A stretch of DNA of 64,000 nucleotides from a virus (lineage: Duplodnaviria > Caudoviricetes): IMG/VR virus record IMGVR_UViG_3300033463_000012; one strand, given 5' to 3'. The notes under the pieces are model-generated. The model saw nothing but the letters and a program-made list of their open reading frames with translations, was not told the DNA's origin and searched no databases. Position numbers and translations under genes: made by a program. Below, piece after piece: positions 56,538-64,000 of the stretch. How positions within the stretch are numbered: position 1 is the first letter of the stretch; every line of letters begins with the position of its first letter.

Positions 56538-57556
56538 TAGCTGCACAGGCATTCTTCACTCGCAGCAATGGTGGTGTTCGTGGGGACATGACACAGGACT
56601 TTTGGTTTCATGTCGGATTCAAGGACACTGACATAAAGATGATACAATATGCTAAGGACAATCCTGATGACGTGGACTTTGTCCTTTCTGGTCGGTCTCC
56701 TTTCCTTGACGATTTCATAGCCAGGGACATGATGGAATATCTTGACAAACGACCTGGCTGCAAACTCATCTTGATCGAAGGTGGTCGTTTCCCTGAATAT
56801 CATTTTCCTGAGTCTGGACCTTGTCGTGAAATTCTGTCCCGAGTCAAGTTGTTTCTGCACAACTCCGAATTTCTGTCAGAAGATTGGGACGTAATTTCTC
56901 ATACAGTGAAATCGAGTCAGATAAAGATGACAAATCTCAATGTATTCACTCCGAGTTTCCCTGACATCATTCCATTGGAAGAACGCTTGCCTAATGTGTT
57001 CATGTTCGGAGCGGTTTCGGAATACAAGGGAACATTGGACTTTTGGCACAACTTTGATTCCTACAAGAATGACAAATATGCCTTTGGTTCCGCAGGTTCA
57101 GTTGGTCCTCATGTCATGATGCAGAACAAGATTGAATATGTCAAGGCGCAGATGAATCAGCCACTGAACAAAAACATATTCAATTTCGTCGGTGCATACG
57201 AGAAGGGATGCAAATGGATTGAATGGTTCCTTCCTCATACTCGGTTCGCATTGTTCGGTTGGAAGCCAAGGCCTTGTATGATCGAGGCACCTGAGTATTC
57301 CTTTCTTGAATGCATTGACAGAGGAGTTCCGGTTGTGGTCAGGAAGGACTGGTTGGACTCGATCAAGGTATTCGGGCGGAAACCTGACATTCAGAATTCG
57401 GGAATCATCACCTTTGAAGATTGGTCAGAGTTGAAGGACTTGGACAAATACGAGCCAGACTACACTGACATCATTCAAAAACAGCGAGACTTCCTTTCCA
57501 AATGGTGGGGAAAATCCGTAGCGGAAAACTTGGAAAAACTGTTCAGCGAGGCATAG
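56534..57556 (+). CDS. DNA alpha-glucosyltransferase-like GT-B enzyme
   Basis: FG....YKG and PEYSFLE...G..V..K......SGII.F resemble T4 Agt (IGR...WKG; LEYTHLE...G...SGIIWF); replication-gene context. Confidence 0.65.
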   Translation: MIAAQAFFTRSNGGVRGDMTQDFWFHVGFKDTDIKMIQYAKDNPDDVDFVLSGRSPFLDDFIARDMMEYLDKRPGCKLILIEGGRFPEYHFPESGPCREILSRVKLFLHNSEFLSEDWDVISHTVKSSQIKMTNLNVFTPSFPDIIPLEERLPNVFMFGAVSEYKGTLDFWHNFDSYKNDKYAFGSAGSVGPHVMMQNKIEYVKAQMNQPLNKNIFNFVGAYEKGCKWIEWFLPHTRFALFGWKPRPCMIEAPEYSFLECIDRGVPVVVRKDWLDSIKVFGRKPDIQNSGIITFEDWSELKDLDKYEPDYTDIIQKQRDFLSKWWGKSVAENLEKLFSEA

Positions 57557-57592
57557 AATAGTTATATTTGGCCTATAAGGAGAAAATCATAG

Positions 57593-58549
57593 ATGAGTGC
57601 TTCTGACATCTGGGTTGAAAAGTATCGCCCGTCTCACGTGAAGAATGTCGTCATGCCTGAACAATATCACAAGTTCTTTCAGGACATGGTGGACGAAGGT
57701 ACATGCAAGAACGTGTTGCTTTACAGTTCCACCCCTGGTTCCGGGAAGACTTCTTTGGCCAAGGCGATTGTGAATGACCTCAAAGCCGACTGCAAATACA
57801 TAAACATTTCGGCTCAACGAGGCATCGATGTCCTAAGAGATGAAATCACCACCTTTGCGACCACCCAGTCATTTGTGGCCGATGGAAAGAAAATCATCAT
57901 CTGTGATGAGTTCGATGGAGCTACGGTCGCACTGCAGCAGGCACTTCGTGCAGCCATTGAAACCTACGAGAAGAATTGCAGATTCATTCTCACCTGCAAT
58001 TACGTGGAAAAGATCATCCCGGCTCTGCGTGAAGGTCGACTGCAGATGTTCGACTTCAATTTCCAGGACGAGAAGTTCAGGAAGGAATTGCGGCCGAAGA
58101 TGATCGAACGTGTTTCCGGAATCCTCAAGCACGAGAATGTCGAATTCGAGCAAGAGGCAGTGAACGAGATAGTGGACAAAAACTATCCCTCGCTCAGAAA
58201 GATGTTGTCCATGGTTTCCAAGGTAGCCAGCATGTACGGGAAGGTTACCCTGGAGAACATATCCACATCCGAGACACTTCGACAGCAGTTGTACAAGTTG
58301 ATCGAAGACAAGGATTTGACGGGCGCGCGGAAGTTCGTCATAAACAACTCCTTGGACGTCGGCGAGCTGTATTCCCAGATGTGGCGGGAATGGGTGAACG
58401 ACATGGACATTCAAGTTCAGGCGGTGTTGATCCCGAAGCTGGCTACCTATCAGTATCAGCACAACTTCGTCTTGGACCCTGAGTTGAATTTCACCGCTTG
58501 CATCCTGGAAATCATCAGTGCACTCTGCGAGGTCAACGACAAGCAATGA
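57593..58549 (+). CDS. Clamp loader large subunit (gp44)
   Basis: WVEKYRP, Walker A PGSGKTS, DEFD, QQALR, RFILTCNY. Confidence 0.95.
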   Translation: MSASDIWVEKYRPSHVKNVVMPEQYHKFFQDMVDEGTCKNVLLYSSTPGSGKTSLAKAIVNDLKADCKYINISAQRGIDVLRDEITTFATTQSFVADGKKIIICDEFDGATVALQQALRAAIETYEKNCRFILTCNYVEKIIPALREGRLQMFDFNFQDEKFRKELRPKMIERVSGILKHENVEFEQEAVNEIVDKNYPSLRKMLSMVSKVASMYGKVTLENISTSETLRQQLYKLIEDKDLTGARKFVINNSLDVGELYSQMWREWVNDMDIQVQAVLIPKLATYQYQHNFVLDPELNFTACILEIISALCEVNDKQ

Positions 58550-59073
58550 CCAGTTATGAGGTCTTCAAGATAATTCTCAACTTCAGAGCCAAGCACTGTG
58601 GTTGTGGAATCAGACTTCCTATTTGCGACAAGTGGGAAAGGGAAAACAGAAACCCGAAGTCGAGCATAATCTTCATCTGCAATCAATTGTCAAACTTGTC
58701 TCAAACCAAGGAAGACATTGAATTTTTCGTGGGTTTGGCTCATGTGAAGTTCGGTGATCCTTGGGAAAATATGAAAAAATTTCTTGAAAAAAACACTCCA
58801 CTCTCCCTCAAGAAAGAGCTATATTTAAGAACAGAACAGGACAACAAGTCCTTGGACAAACTTCTGAAAACCTCCAATATGTCCCTGTATGACCTCTTCA
58901 AATCTCCTCCGGGTGGAAACTCGATAGCGACCGCCCTGCTGAGGAATTTGTTGATAAACCCGTGGTGCTACGTCAATCACCTCAACGTAGTGGACGGACT
59001 CAAACTCAAAAAGGATGAGGTGAAAACATTGCGCATAGTAAAGGAGATAACACATGCCAAGAAACAACATTGA
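58546..59073 (+). CDS. Probable helicase loader (gp59-like)
   Basis: MTSYEVFK....K.H N-terminus; immediately upstream of gp32 as in T4. Confidence 0.5.
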   Translation: MTSYEVFKIILNFRAKHCGCGIRLPICDKWERENRNPKSSIIFICNQLSNLSQTKEDIEFFVGLAHVKFGDPWENMKKFLEKNTPLSLKKELYLRTEQDNKSLDKLLKTSNMSLYDLFKSPPGGNSIATALLRNLLINPWCYVNHLNVVDGLKLKKDEVKTLRIVKEITHAKKQH

Positions 59074-59923
59074 TTTTTCGTCCCTCAAAGCCCAGATTGA
59101 CCAGATGTCGCATCGTGGTCCGAAGCGTCAGCCGTCAGACCCTCGCTTCTACGATCTCACTTTCCCTGAAGGCGAGACTCGTGCCACCGCGATCATCCGT
59201 TTCCTTCCTTCCAAGATTGGCGATCCTAACTGCTTCGTCAACGTGAAGTCGCACTGGTTCAAGTATTCGACCCCGGAAGGAACCCGCAACTTCTATGAAC
59301 CCTGCCCTCGCACCATCGGTCATAAGTGCCCCATTTGTGACTACGCCTTCGCCCACAAGGACGACAAGGGGAAGATGGCCGGCGACGCCTTCATCACCAA
59401 CATCATGGTGATCAAGGATCCCAACAAGCCCGAGAATGAAGGCAAGGTTTTCCTGTTCCGTTTCAAGAGGGACGTCTGGAAGAAGATTCAGCAGGTGATT
59501 TCTCCTGAAGACGGCATTGATGAACCCGCGAACATCTTTGACTTGGAAAGCGCTCCCAACCTCAAGTTGGTTTGCACCAAGCGTTCCGTTCCTGGTTTCG
59601 TCCGCCCTGTCGCTCGCTACGATGAATCCGCTTGGACTTCTCCCACCCCGATCATCATCAAGGGCGAGAAGATGTCCGAGGAGTTCTTGGACAGCATCAA
59701 CGACAAGGTCTATTCCCTGGAAGAATTCATCGCTCCTGACAAGTTCAAGAGCTATGAAGAATTGCAGGGCAAGTTCGACCTCGCCGTGAACACCCTCTCG
59801 GAAGTTCCCAATGAAGCCGAAGCGCCTTCTGCAGAAATTCCGGAATCCTCCCCCAAGACTGACTCCAACAAGTTCGTGAAGGGTCAGGACACCGTCGGGG
59901 AAGATTTCTTTGACAACCTTTAG
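59054..59923 (+). CDS. Single-stranded DNA-binding protein (gp32)
   Basis: D.RF, AIIRFLP, H.F, CP.TIG..CPIC, NI.VIKDP..PENEGKVFLF, acidic C-terminus DFFDNL. Confidence 0.95.
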   Translation: MPRNNIDFSSLKAQIDQMSHRGPKRQPSDPRFYDLTFPEGETRATAIIRFLPSKIGDPNCFVNVKSHWFKYSTPEGTRNFYEPCPRTIGHKCPICDYAFAHKDDKGKMAGDAFITNIMVIKDPNKPENEGKVFLFRFKRDVWKKIQQVISPEDGIDEPANIFDLESAPNLKLVCTKRSVPGFVRPVARYDESAWTSPTPIIIKGEKMSEEFLDSINDKVYSLEEFIAPDKFKSYEELQGKFDLAVNTLSEVPNEAEAPSAEIPESSPKTDSNKFVKGQDTVGEDFFDNL

Positions 59924-59946
59924 TGTGTAAATCCTCTCACACCGTC

Positions 59947-59977
59947 GGGGGCTCCTAACTGAGCCCCCTTTTCTTTT
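59947..59977 (+). terminator. Intrinsic terminator
   Basis: gggggctc-ctaact-gagccccc-ttttctttt. Confidence 0.85.
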
Positions 59978-59999
59978 GTCTCCATTATTCAAAAGAAAG

Positions 60000-60108
60000 G
60001 CTCCCTGACTGCACAGGAAAGTCAAGGAGCCACTTTCTGATGATGCTAGTATAAACTACTAGGCCTATGTACAAATGGCCTAGGACTCATCCTGGTCAGT
60101 GTCAGAGA
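60000..60108. repeat. ~109-bp palindromic element, copy 6 (overlaps the 3' end of the minus-strand gene)
   Basis: gctccctgactgcacagga...gagccacttt...ctagtataaactactag...aaatggcc...tcctggtcagt. Confidence 0.8.
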
Positions 60109-60577
60109 ATTTCTCCCTGGACTTGCGAACATTCTCGTCCAGCTTGCGGATGCATTCCCAGTTGGCCATGGGGACGATGGTGTAATTTCCGAGACAGGGA
60201 AGACTTTTCTTTTTCGACTGAGGAAAAACCTCCTGTCCGATGAGGAAATTCTTGATGAGTCCTTCGACGGAAATGTCCAGAGAGGGATCAATTTCCTTGG
60301 CTTCGTTCAGGATTCGGTCGACCTTCGCTTCAATCCACGGGGTCAACTTGAAATACTTCCCGCGGCCCACCTGCTTGTAGACGAAAAAGCCACCGCTCAC
60401 CATGGCGGCGACCAATTCATTGCAGGAAATGTAGCCCTTGGACTTGAACATGATGGAATCCGCGTTCACCCCTTCCGGAAAGCAATAGGGGACGAAAAGC
60501 ATCTTCATGTAGGTGGAAAATCTCACCTTGCCGTTTTTCACGGTATATGGCGTCTTGAAAGTAGGAACATTGACCAT
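60080..60577 (-). CDS. Hypothetical early protein
   Basis: SD aggagg; downstream of the conserved early promoter. Confidence 0.7.
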   Translation of the reverse strand: MVNVPTFKTPYTVKNGKVRFSTYMKMLFVPYCFPEGVNADSIMFKSKGYISCNELVAAMVSGGFFVYKQVGRGKYFKLTPWIEAKVDRILNEAKEIDPSLDISVEGLIKNFLIGQEVFPQSKKKSLPCLGNYTIVPMANWECIRKLDENVRKSREKFSDTDQDES

Positions 60578-60606
60578 AGTGGCCTCCTGACATAGTGTGG
60601 TTCTAT

Positions 60607-60633
60607 GTATAATATAATAACTTTTCGGCCAAA
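60607..60633 (-). promoter_or_regulatory. Putative early promoter
   Basis: 27-bp identity with 17847-17873. Confidence 0.7.
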
Positions 60634-60712
60634 TGGTATACAAAATTTGAAGAAAATTCACCTGGACTAAATTGACCAGGAAAAGGATCAAATCGTATTC
60701 AGGGTAGGATAT

Positions 60713-63700
60713 ATGGCCAATTCATACGATTACAACGAAGTTCAGCCGGGTGCATCTGACATTGACCGTGAGGCTTGGCCCGTCATGTATGACCCCTATG
60801 GGGACGATGACGGGTTGAAGGAAGTATCAACCAAAGACACGAACACGGTGGACTTGTCGGGGAAGGGGACATCCAACAGCAAGTTGTCCGCGGACGTGAA
60901 GGTGAGCAAGCAGGAAAACAATGCCTTGAAGGCCTTGTCCGATGGCTTGTATGTGGCGGACAAATCACCTGTCCTGTCGATCAAAGGTTCAGAATTCATT
61001 GACGTTTCCTCGGCGGAGCCACAGCGTCCAGTCATTTCATTGAAGAAATCCGAAGATGAATCCAATGACCTCGTGGACAATGGTGGGCTTTATGTTCATG
61101 TTCCGGTGAAGGAAATTCAGGGTTCCGACACGGTGGACGTTTCCAAGGAAGATGACACTTGGTCAATAGATGTGAAACTTGACCCGAATCAAGGAAATGT
61201 CATTCTGTCCACCGAAAATGGACTGAAGGCGGAGATAGCTTCCGGGGTGATCACAGAGGTCGAGGGTTCCAATTCAATCTCGGCCACAAAAAGCGGGAAT
61301 GTCTACACTCTTGACACACTGATTTCGACCGCAACCGACAATGCCCTTCAATCCACGGAAAACGGGTTGTATGTTCCTAATACCGTGGTCCCTGAAGATT
61401 TCATCAAATCCGTGGACGACACCGACTCGATCACCCTCACGGTTGACGAGAATGCAAAATTGACTGCAGATGTCAAGGTGGACAACACCAATCCTGGAAA
61501 CGTGACTTTCTCCTTTACTCCGAATGGTTTGAAAGGCGAAGTCGAAATTCCTGCGGATTATGTCACTGGAGTTCAGGACACGGCCGACGTCAAGTTGTCA
61601 GTGAATGAAGGAATCCTGAGTGCAGAAATCGCTTCAGGGGTGATTCCTGAAATTCGTGGTTCTGAGTCAATAGACGTTCAGACTTCTGGGAACGTGAATG
61701 TAATCACGACCAACATATCCAGTGCAGCTGACAATATGATTTCAGTTGCAAGTGGTGGCCTGTATGTTCCTCCGACCGAAATCCCAGATGTTCCTGTGAA
61801 GAGTTTGGTCGAAGGCAATTGTATTGAAATAACTGAAAATCCTTCTGGAACATTTGAAATAGGAACGAAAGTTTCAGAATTTTATGACAATGACCTGACA
61901 ACCAAATCCGATGGACTTTATGTAAGGGTTCCTGTAAAGGAATTCACCGAAGGAAATGGCATAGAAATCAATGACTATGGTGGTGAAGGGAATTTCACCA
62001 TTGGACTCAAGGGCTATTCAATAGAAAACCTTGATGGTGAAAATGGCGTAAATGTTCAATCTGATGTCGATGAAACCAGTTGGACAATTTCAGCCAATAT
62101 CTCGGAAGACGAGGGAAACAAGGTCGAAATCAGTGAAAATGACCAAGGTCTTTATGTAGGTCCAGAACTTCCCTCTGGTGGTTCAGTCGGCCAGGTGCTG
62201 AAGAAAACCGCAAATGGTTCCGAATGGGGAGATGAACAAACTCAGTATGTCTCGGGAATCACAGACTCCAACACAATTTCCTTGGCTGTTGATCAAGGTC
62301 AGCTTTCCGCCTCTGCAAACATTTCCAATGAATCCGGAAACATCCTTGAGGACAGAAACGGTCTTTATGTTCCGAATTCAGTGATTCCCCAGGACTTCAT
62401 TCGGTCGGTCGGAAACACTGATTCAATTTCCCTGAATGTGGATGCAAATGGGGAACTTACAGCTTCGGCCAGAATAGACACCAACAACCCCGGTAATGTT
62501 CACCTGAGCATCACTGAAGATGGCTTGGTGGCTTCTGCAGACATTCCCGAGGACTACATCAACAACGTGGTCGATTCGGAAACCGTTCATCTTTCAGTGG
62601 ATGACGGGGACCTCTCGGCTTCGGCAAAGGTATCTTCAAAGGGAGACAACCAGACTGATCCCGCGAATGCCCTGGAAATCGAACAGGACGGCCTTTGGAC
62701 TCCCACCCTCTACCTTGGACCATTCGATTCCTCGGCTCGTCCTTCTGAAGCGATAACTGGTCAATACATTTTCGACACTGACCTTGGATATTGTCTCTAT
62801 CGTCATGGAGGTGCATGGGTCAACTCAACCGGCGCCATAGTCGAAGGAAACGTTGAACCCACAGGTCAGGCGGTGGATTGGCTGGTGAATCCGATGACCG
62901 CCTATGGAGACTTGCTCGTGGGTGGACCTAGCGGAACTCCAAGTGCAATGCATGTCGGGCCTTCTGGAGCCTATCTCAAATCCGGTGAAAATGGTCTTGA
63001 ATGGGGAGAAGTGAATTCCCTGGTCCTTTCCGACCTGGCCGACAACACAGCCACCGTGATTGAGGATGGACAACATGATGGCCTCTATGTTCCTCCTAGC
63101 TCACTTGAAGGAATGATAACCACTGCAGGTGATTTGATTGCAGGTGACGCCAGTGGTGAACCTGATACATTGTCCAAGGGAACAGTCGGGCAAGTCCTTA
63201 CCTCGACCCAGAACGGAATTGAATGGCAAACCGGTATCCATGCACCCAATGTGGAAATCGCCTCAACCAACAGCACTGACTTGACCTTGTCCTCCCGTAA
63301 CGCCAAGTGCCAAATCTACACTGACTCCTCTGAATCCATTTACATAAAGACTTCGGACGATGCACTTTCGGCCAAGATGATCAACATCATCTCCGAACAG
63401 GAATATGGCGACCCGGACCAGTATGGAAACAGGGCCCGGTATCAGTCCTATGTGCAAATTCTGGACACTTATGGCGTCTACATGGCGACGAACAATGGAA
63501 CCATTAACATTTCCAATTACTCGAACAACCTCAACTCCTACATCCAGATAACCAACCAGGGCTCGTCCAATATCAAAATCTACGGTCAGAACGGGTTGAC
63601 TATCGGTGCTTTGAACGATAACTGCAAGACCTACTATGGCTGGAGCGACACCCTGATGGAAGGCGGTTTGGTCAACGTCAAGTCGAAGAGCAACACGATG

Positions 63701-64000
63701 ACCATAGACGGATACAGCAACACCTTCATTTACAGCCGAAACGGATATGTTCGTCTGGAAGGCAAAAACGGTATTTATCTGAACCCCAACACCAATGCCG
63801 GGGTATACGCCAATACCAACAATGGAGGAAACCCGAACACCTCCTACTACGGCGCCTCGTTCTCTTTGACCACCTCCTCGTTCAACACGCAGACGATGTA
63901 TATGGCCAACCACGGAACGGCGAGCGAAATCAGCTCCTCGATCGTGGTTTCACAGTCTTACGCCGGGGTTTCCATAGTATCGCAGAACCCCTATGATGGG
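60713..64000 (+). CDS. Long tail fibre / fibre-like protein (runs off the window end)
   Basis: Not in the ORF track, presumably because it has no stop in the window. My translation of the N-terminal part, MANSYDYNEVQPG..., shows repeated 'S...N.L....DGLYV' units; later 'G..GQVL.....G.EW' and 'MT..GDL..G' fibre motifs; CTAAATT at 60667. Confidence 0.8.
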   Translation, partial: MANSYDYNEVQPGASDIDREAWPVMYDPYGDDDGLKEVSTKDTNTVDLSGKGTSNSKLSADVKVSKQENNALKALSDGLYVADKSPVLSIKGSEFIDVSSAEPQRPVISLKKSEDESNDLVDNGGLYVHVPVKEIQGSDTVDVSKEDDTWSIDVKLDPNQGNVILSTENGLKAEIASGVITEVEGSNSISATKSGNVYTLDTLISTATDNALQSTENGLYVPNTVVPEDFIKSVDDTDSITLTVDENAKLTADVKVDNTNPGNVTFSFTPNGLKGEVEIPADYVTGVQDTADVKLSVNEGILSAEIASGVIPEIRGSESIDVQTSGNVNVITTNISSAADNMISVASGGLYVPPTEIPDVPVKSLVEGNCIEITENPSGTFEIGTKVSEFYDNDLTTKSDGLYVRVPVKEFTEGNGIEINDYGGEGNFTIGLKGYSIENLDGENGVNVQSDVDETSWTISANISEDEGNKVEISENDQGLYVGPELPSGGSVGQVLKKTANGSEWGDEQTQYVSGITDSNTISLAVDQGQLSASANISNESGNILEDRNGLYVPNSVIPQDFIRSVGNTDSISLNVDANGELTASARIDTNNPGNVHLSITEDGLVASADIPEDYINNVVDSETVHLSVDDGDLSASAKVSSKGDNQTDPANALEIEQDGLWTPTLYLGPFDSSARPSEAITGQYIFDTDLGYCLYRHGGAWVNSTGAIVEGNVEPTGQAVDWLVNPMTAYGDLLVGGPSGTPSAMHVGPSGAYLKSGENGLEWGEVNSLVLSDLADNTATVIEDGQHDGLYVPPSSLEGMITTAGDLIAGDASGEPDTLSKGTVGQVLTSTQNGIEWQTGIHAPNVEIASTNSTDLTLSSRNAKCQIYTDSSESIYIKTSDDALSAKMINIISEQEYGDPDQYGNRARYQSYVQILDTYGVYMATNNGTINISNYSNNLNSYIQITNQGSSNIKIYGQNGLTIGALNDNCKTYYGWSDTLMEGGLVNVKSKSNTMTIDGYSNTFIYSRNGYVRLEGKNGIYLNPNTNAGVYANTNNGGNPNTSYYGASFSLTTSSFNTQTMYMANHGTASEISSSIVVSQSYAGVSIVSQNPYDG

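Noticed and set aside
1-64000. Alternative genetic code (stop-codon reassignment) as in some large gut phages
   Set aside because: Core genes are full length in the standard code, and TAG, TGA and TAA all terminate recognisable genes.
60713-64000. Diversity-generating retroelement targeting the fibre
   Set aside because: No reverse transcriptase and no TR/VR pair differing at adenines could be seen in this window; the gene's 3' end lies outside it.
1-64000. tRNA or rRNA genes
   Set aside because: No cloverleaf with T-loop GTTCGA and acceptor stem was recognised in the short intergenic gaps; tRNAscan was not run.

Overview
This window is a 64 kb segment of a large T4-superfamily myovirus genome, read in the standard genetic code. 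Recognisable replication genes are primase gp61, RNase H/5'-3' exonuclease, clamp loader gp44, gp59-like loader, SSB gp32, a DsbA-like protein and a DNA alpha-glucosyltransferase-like enzyme. Recognisable virion genes are gp53-like, portal gp20, gp2, prohead protease gp21, scaffold gp22, major capsid gp23, gp25, gp6, gp7-like, gp13, gp15 and the start of a long fibre gene. The order is scrambled relative to T4, and the core genes are interleaved with many accessory late genes. Five patterns stand out. (1) Many modular accessory late proteins carry prohead-protease-type (L/M/F/I)-x-E sites, including a fixed 14-aa double-site linker (M-x-E-S-x4-G-x-x-L-x-E) in four unrelated proteins, which suggests head-packaged, protease-processed polyprotein cassettes. 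(2) Six dispersed ~109-bp palindromic elements are present: one in frame inside primase and three between a late promoter and a start codon. (3) A CTAAATT late-promoter motif occurs about 20 times, often built on the previous gene's stop codon. (4) A five-gene glycan/ATP-grasp cluster is coupled to gp15, and three of its proteins share a K-rich/(D/E)(D/E)W(E/D)(D/E) tail. (5) An Arg-rich protamine-like polyprotein and a RimK-protease fusion are also present. All assignments come from motif recognition by eye; no database searches were run.
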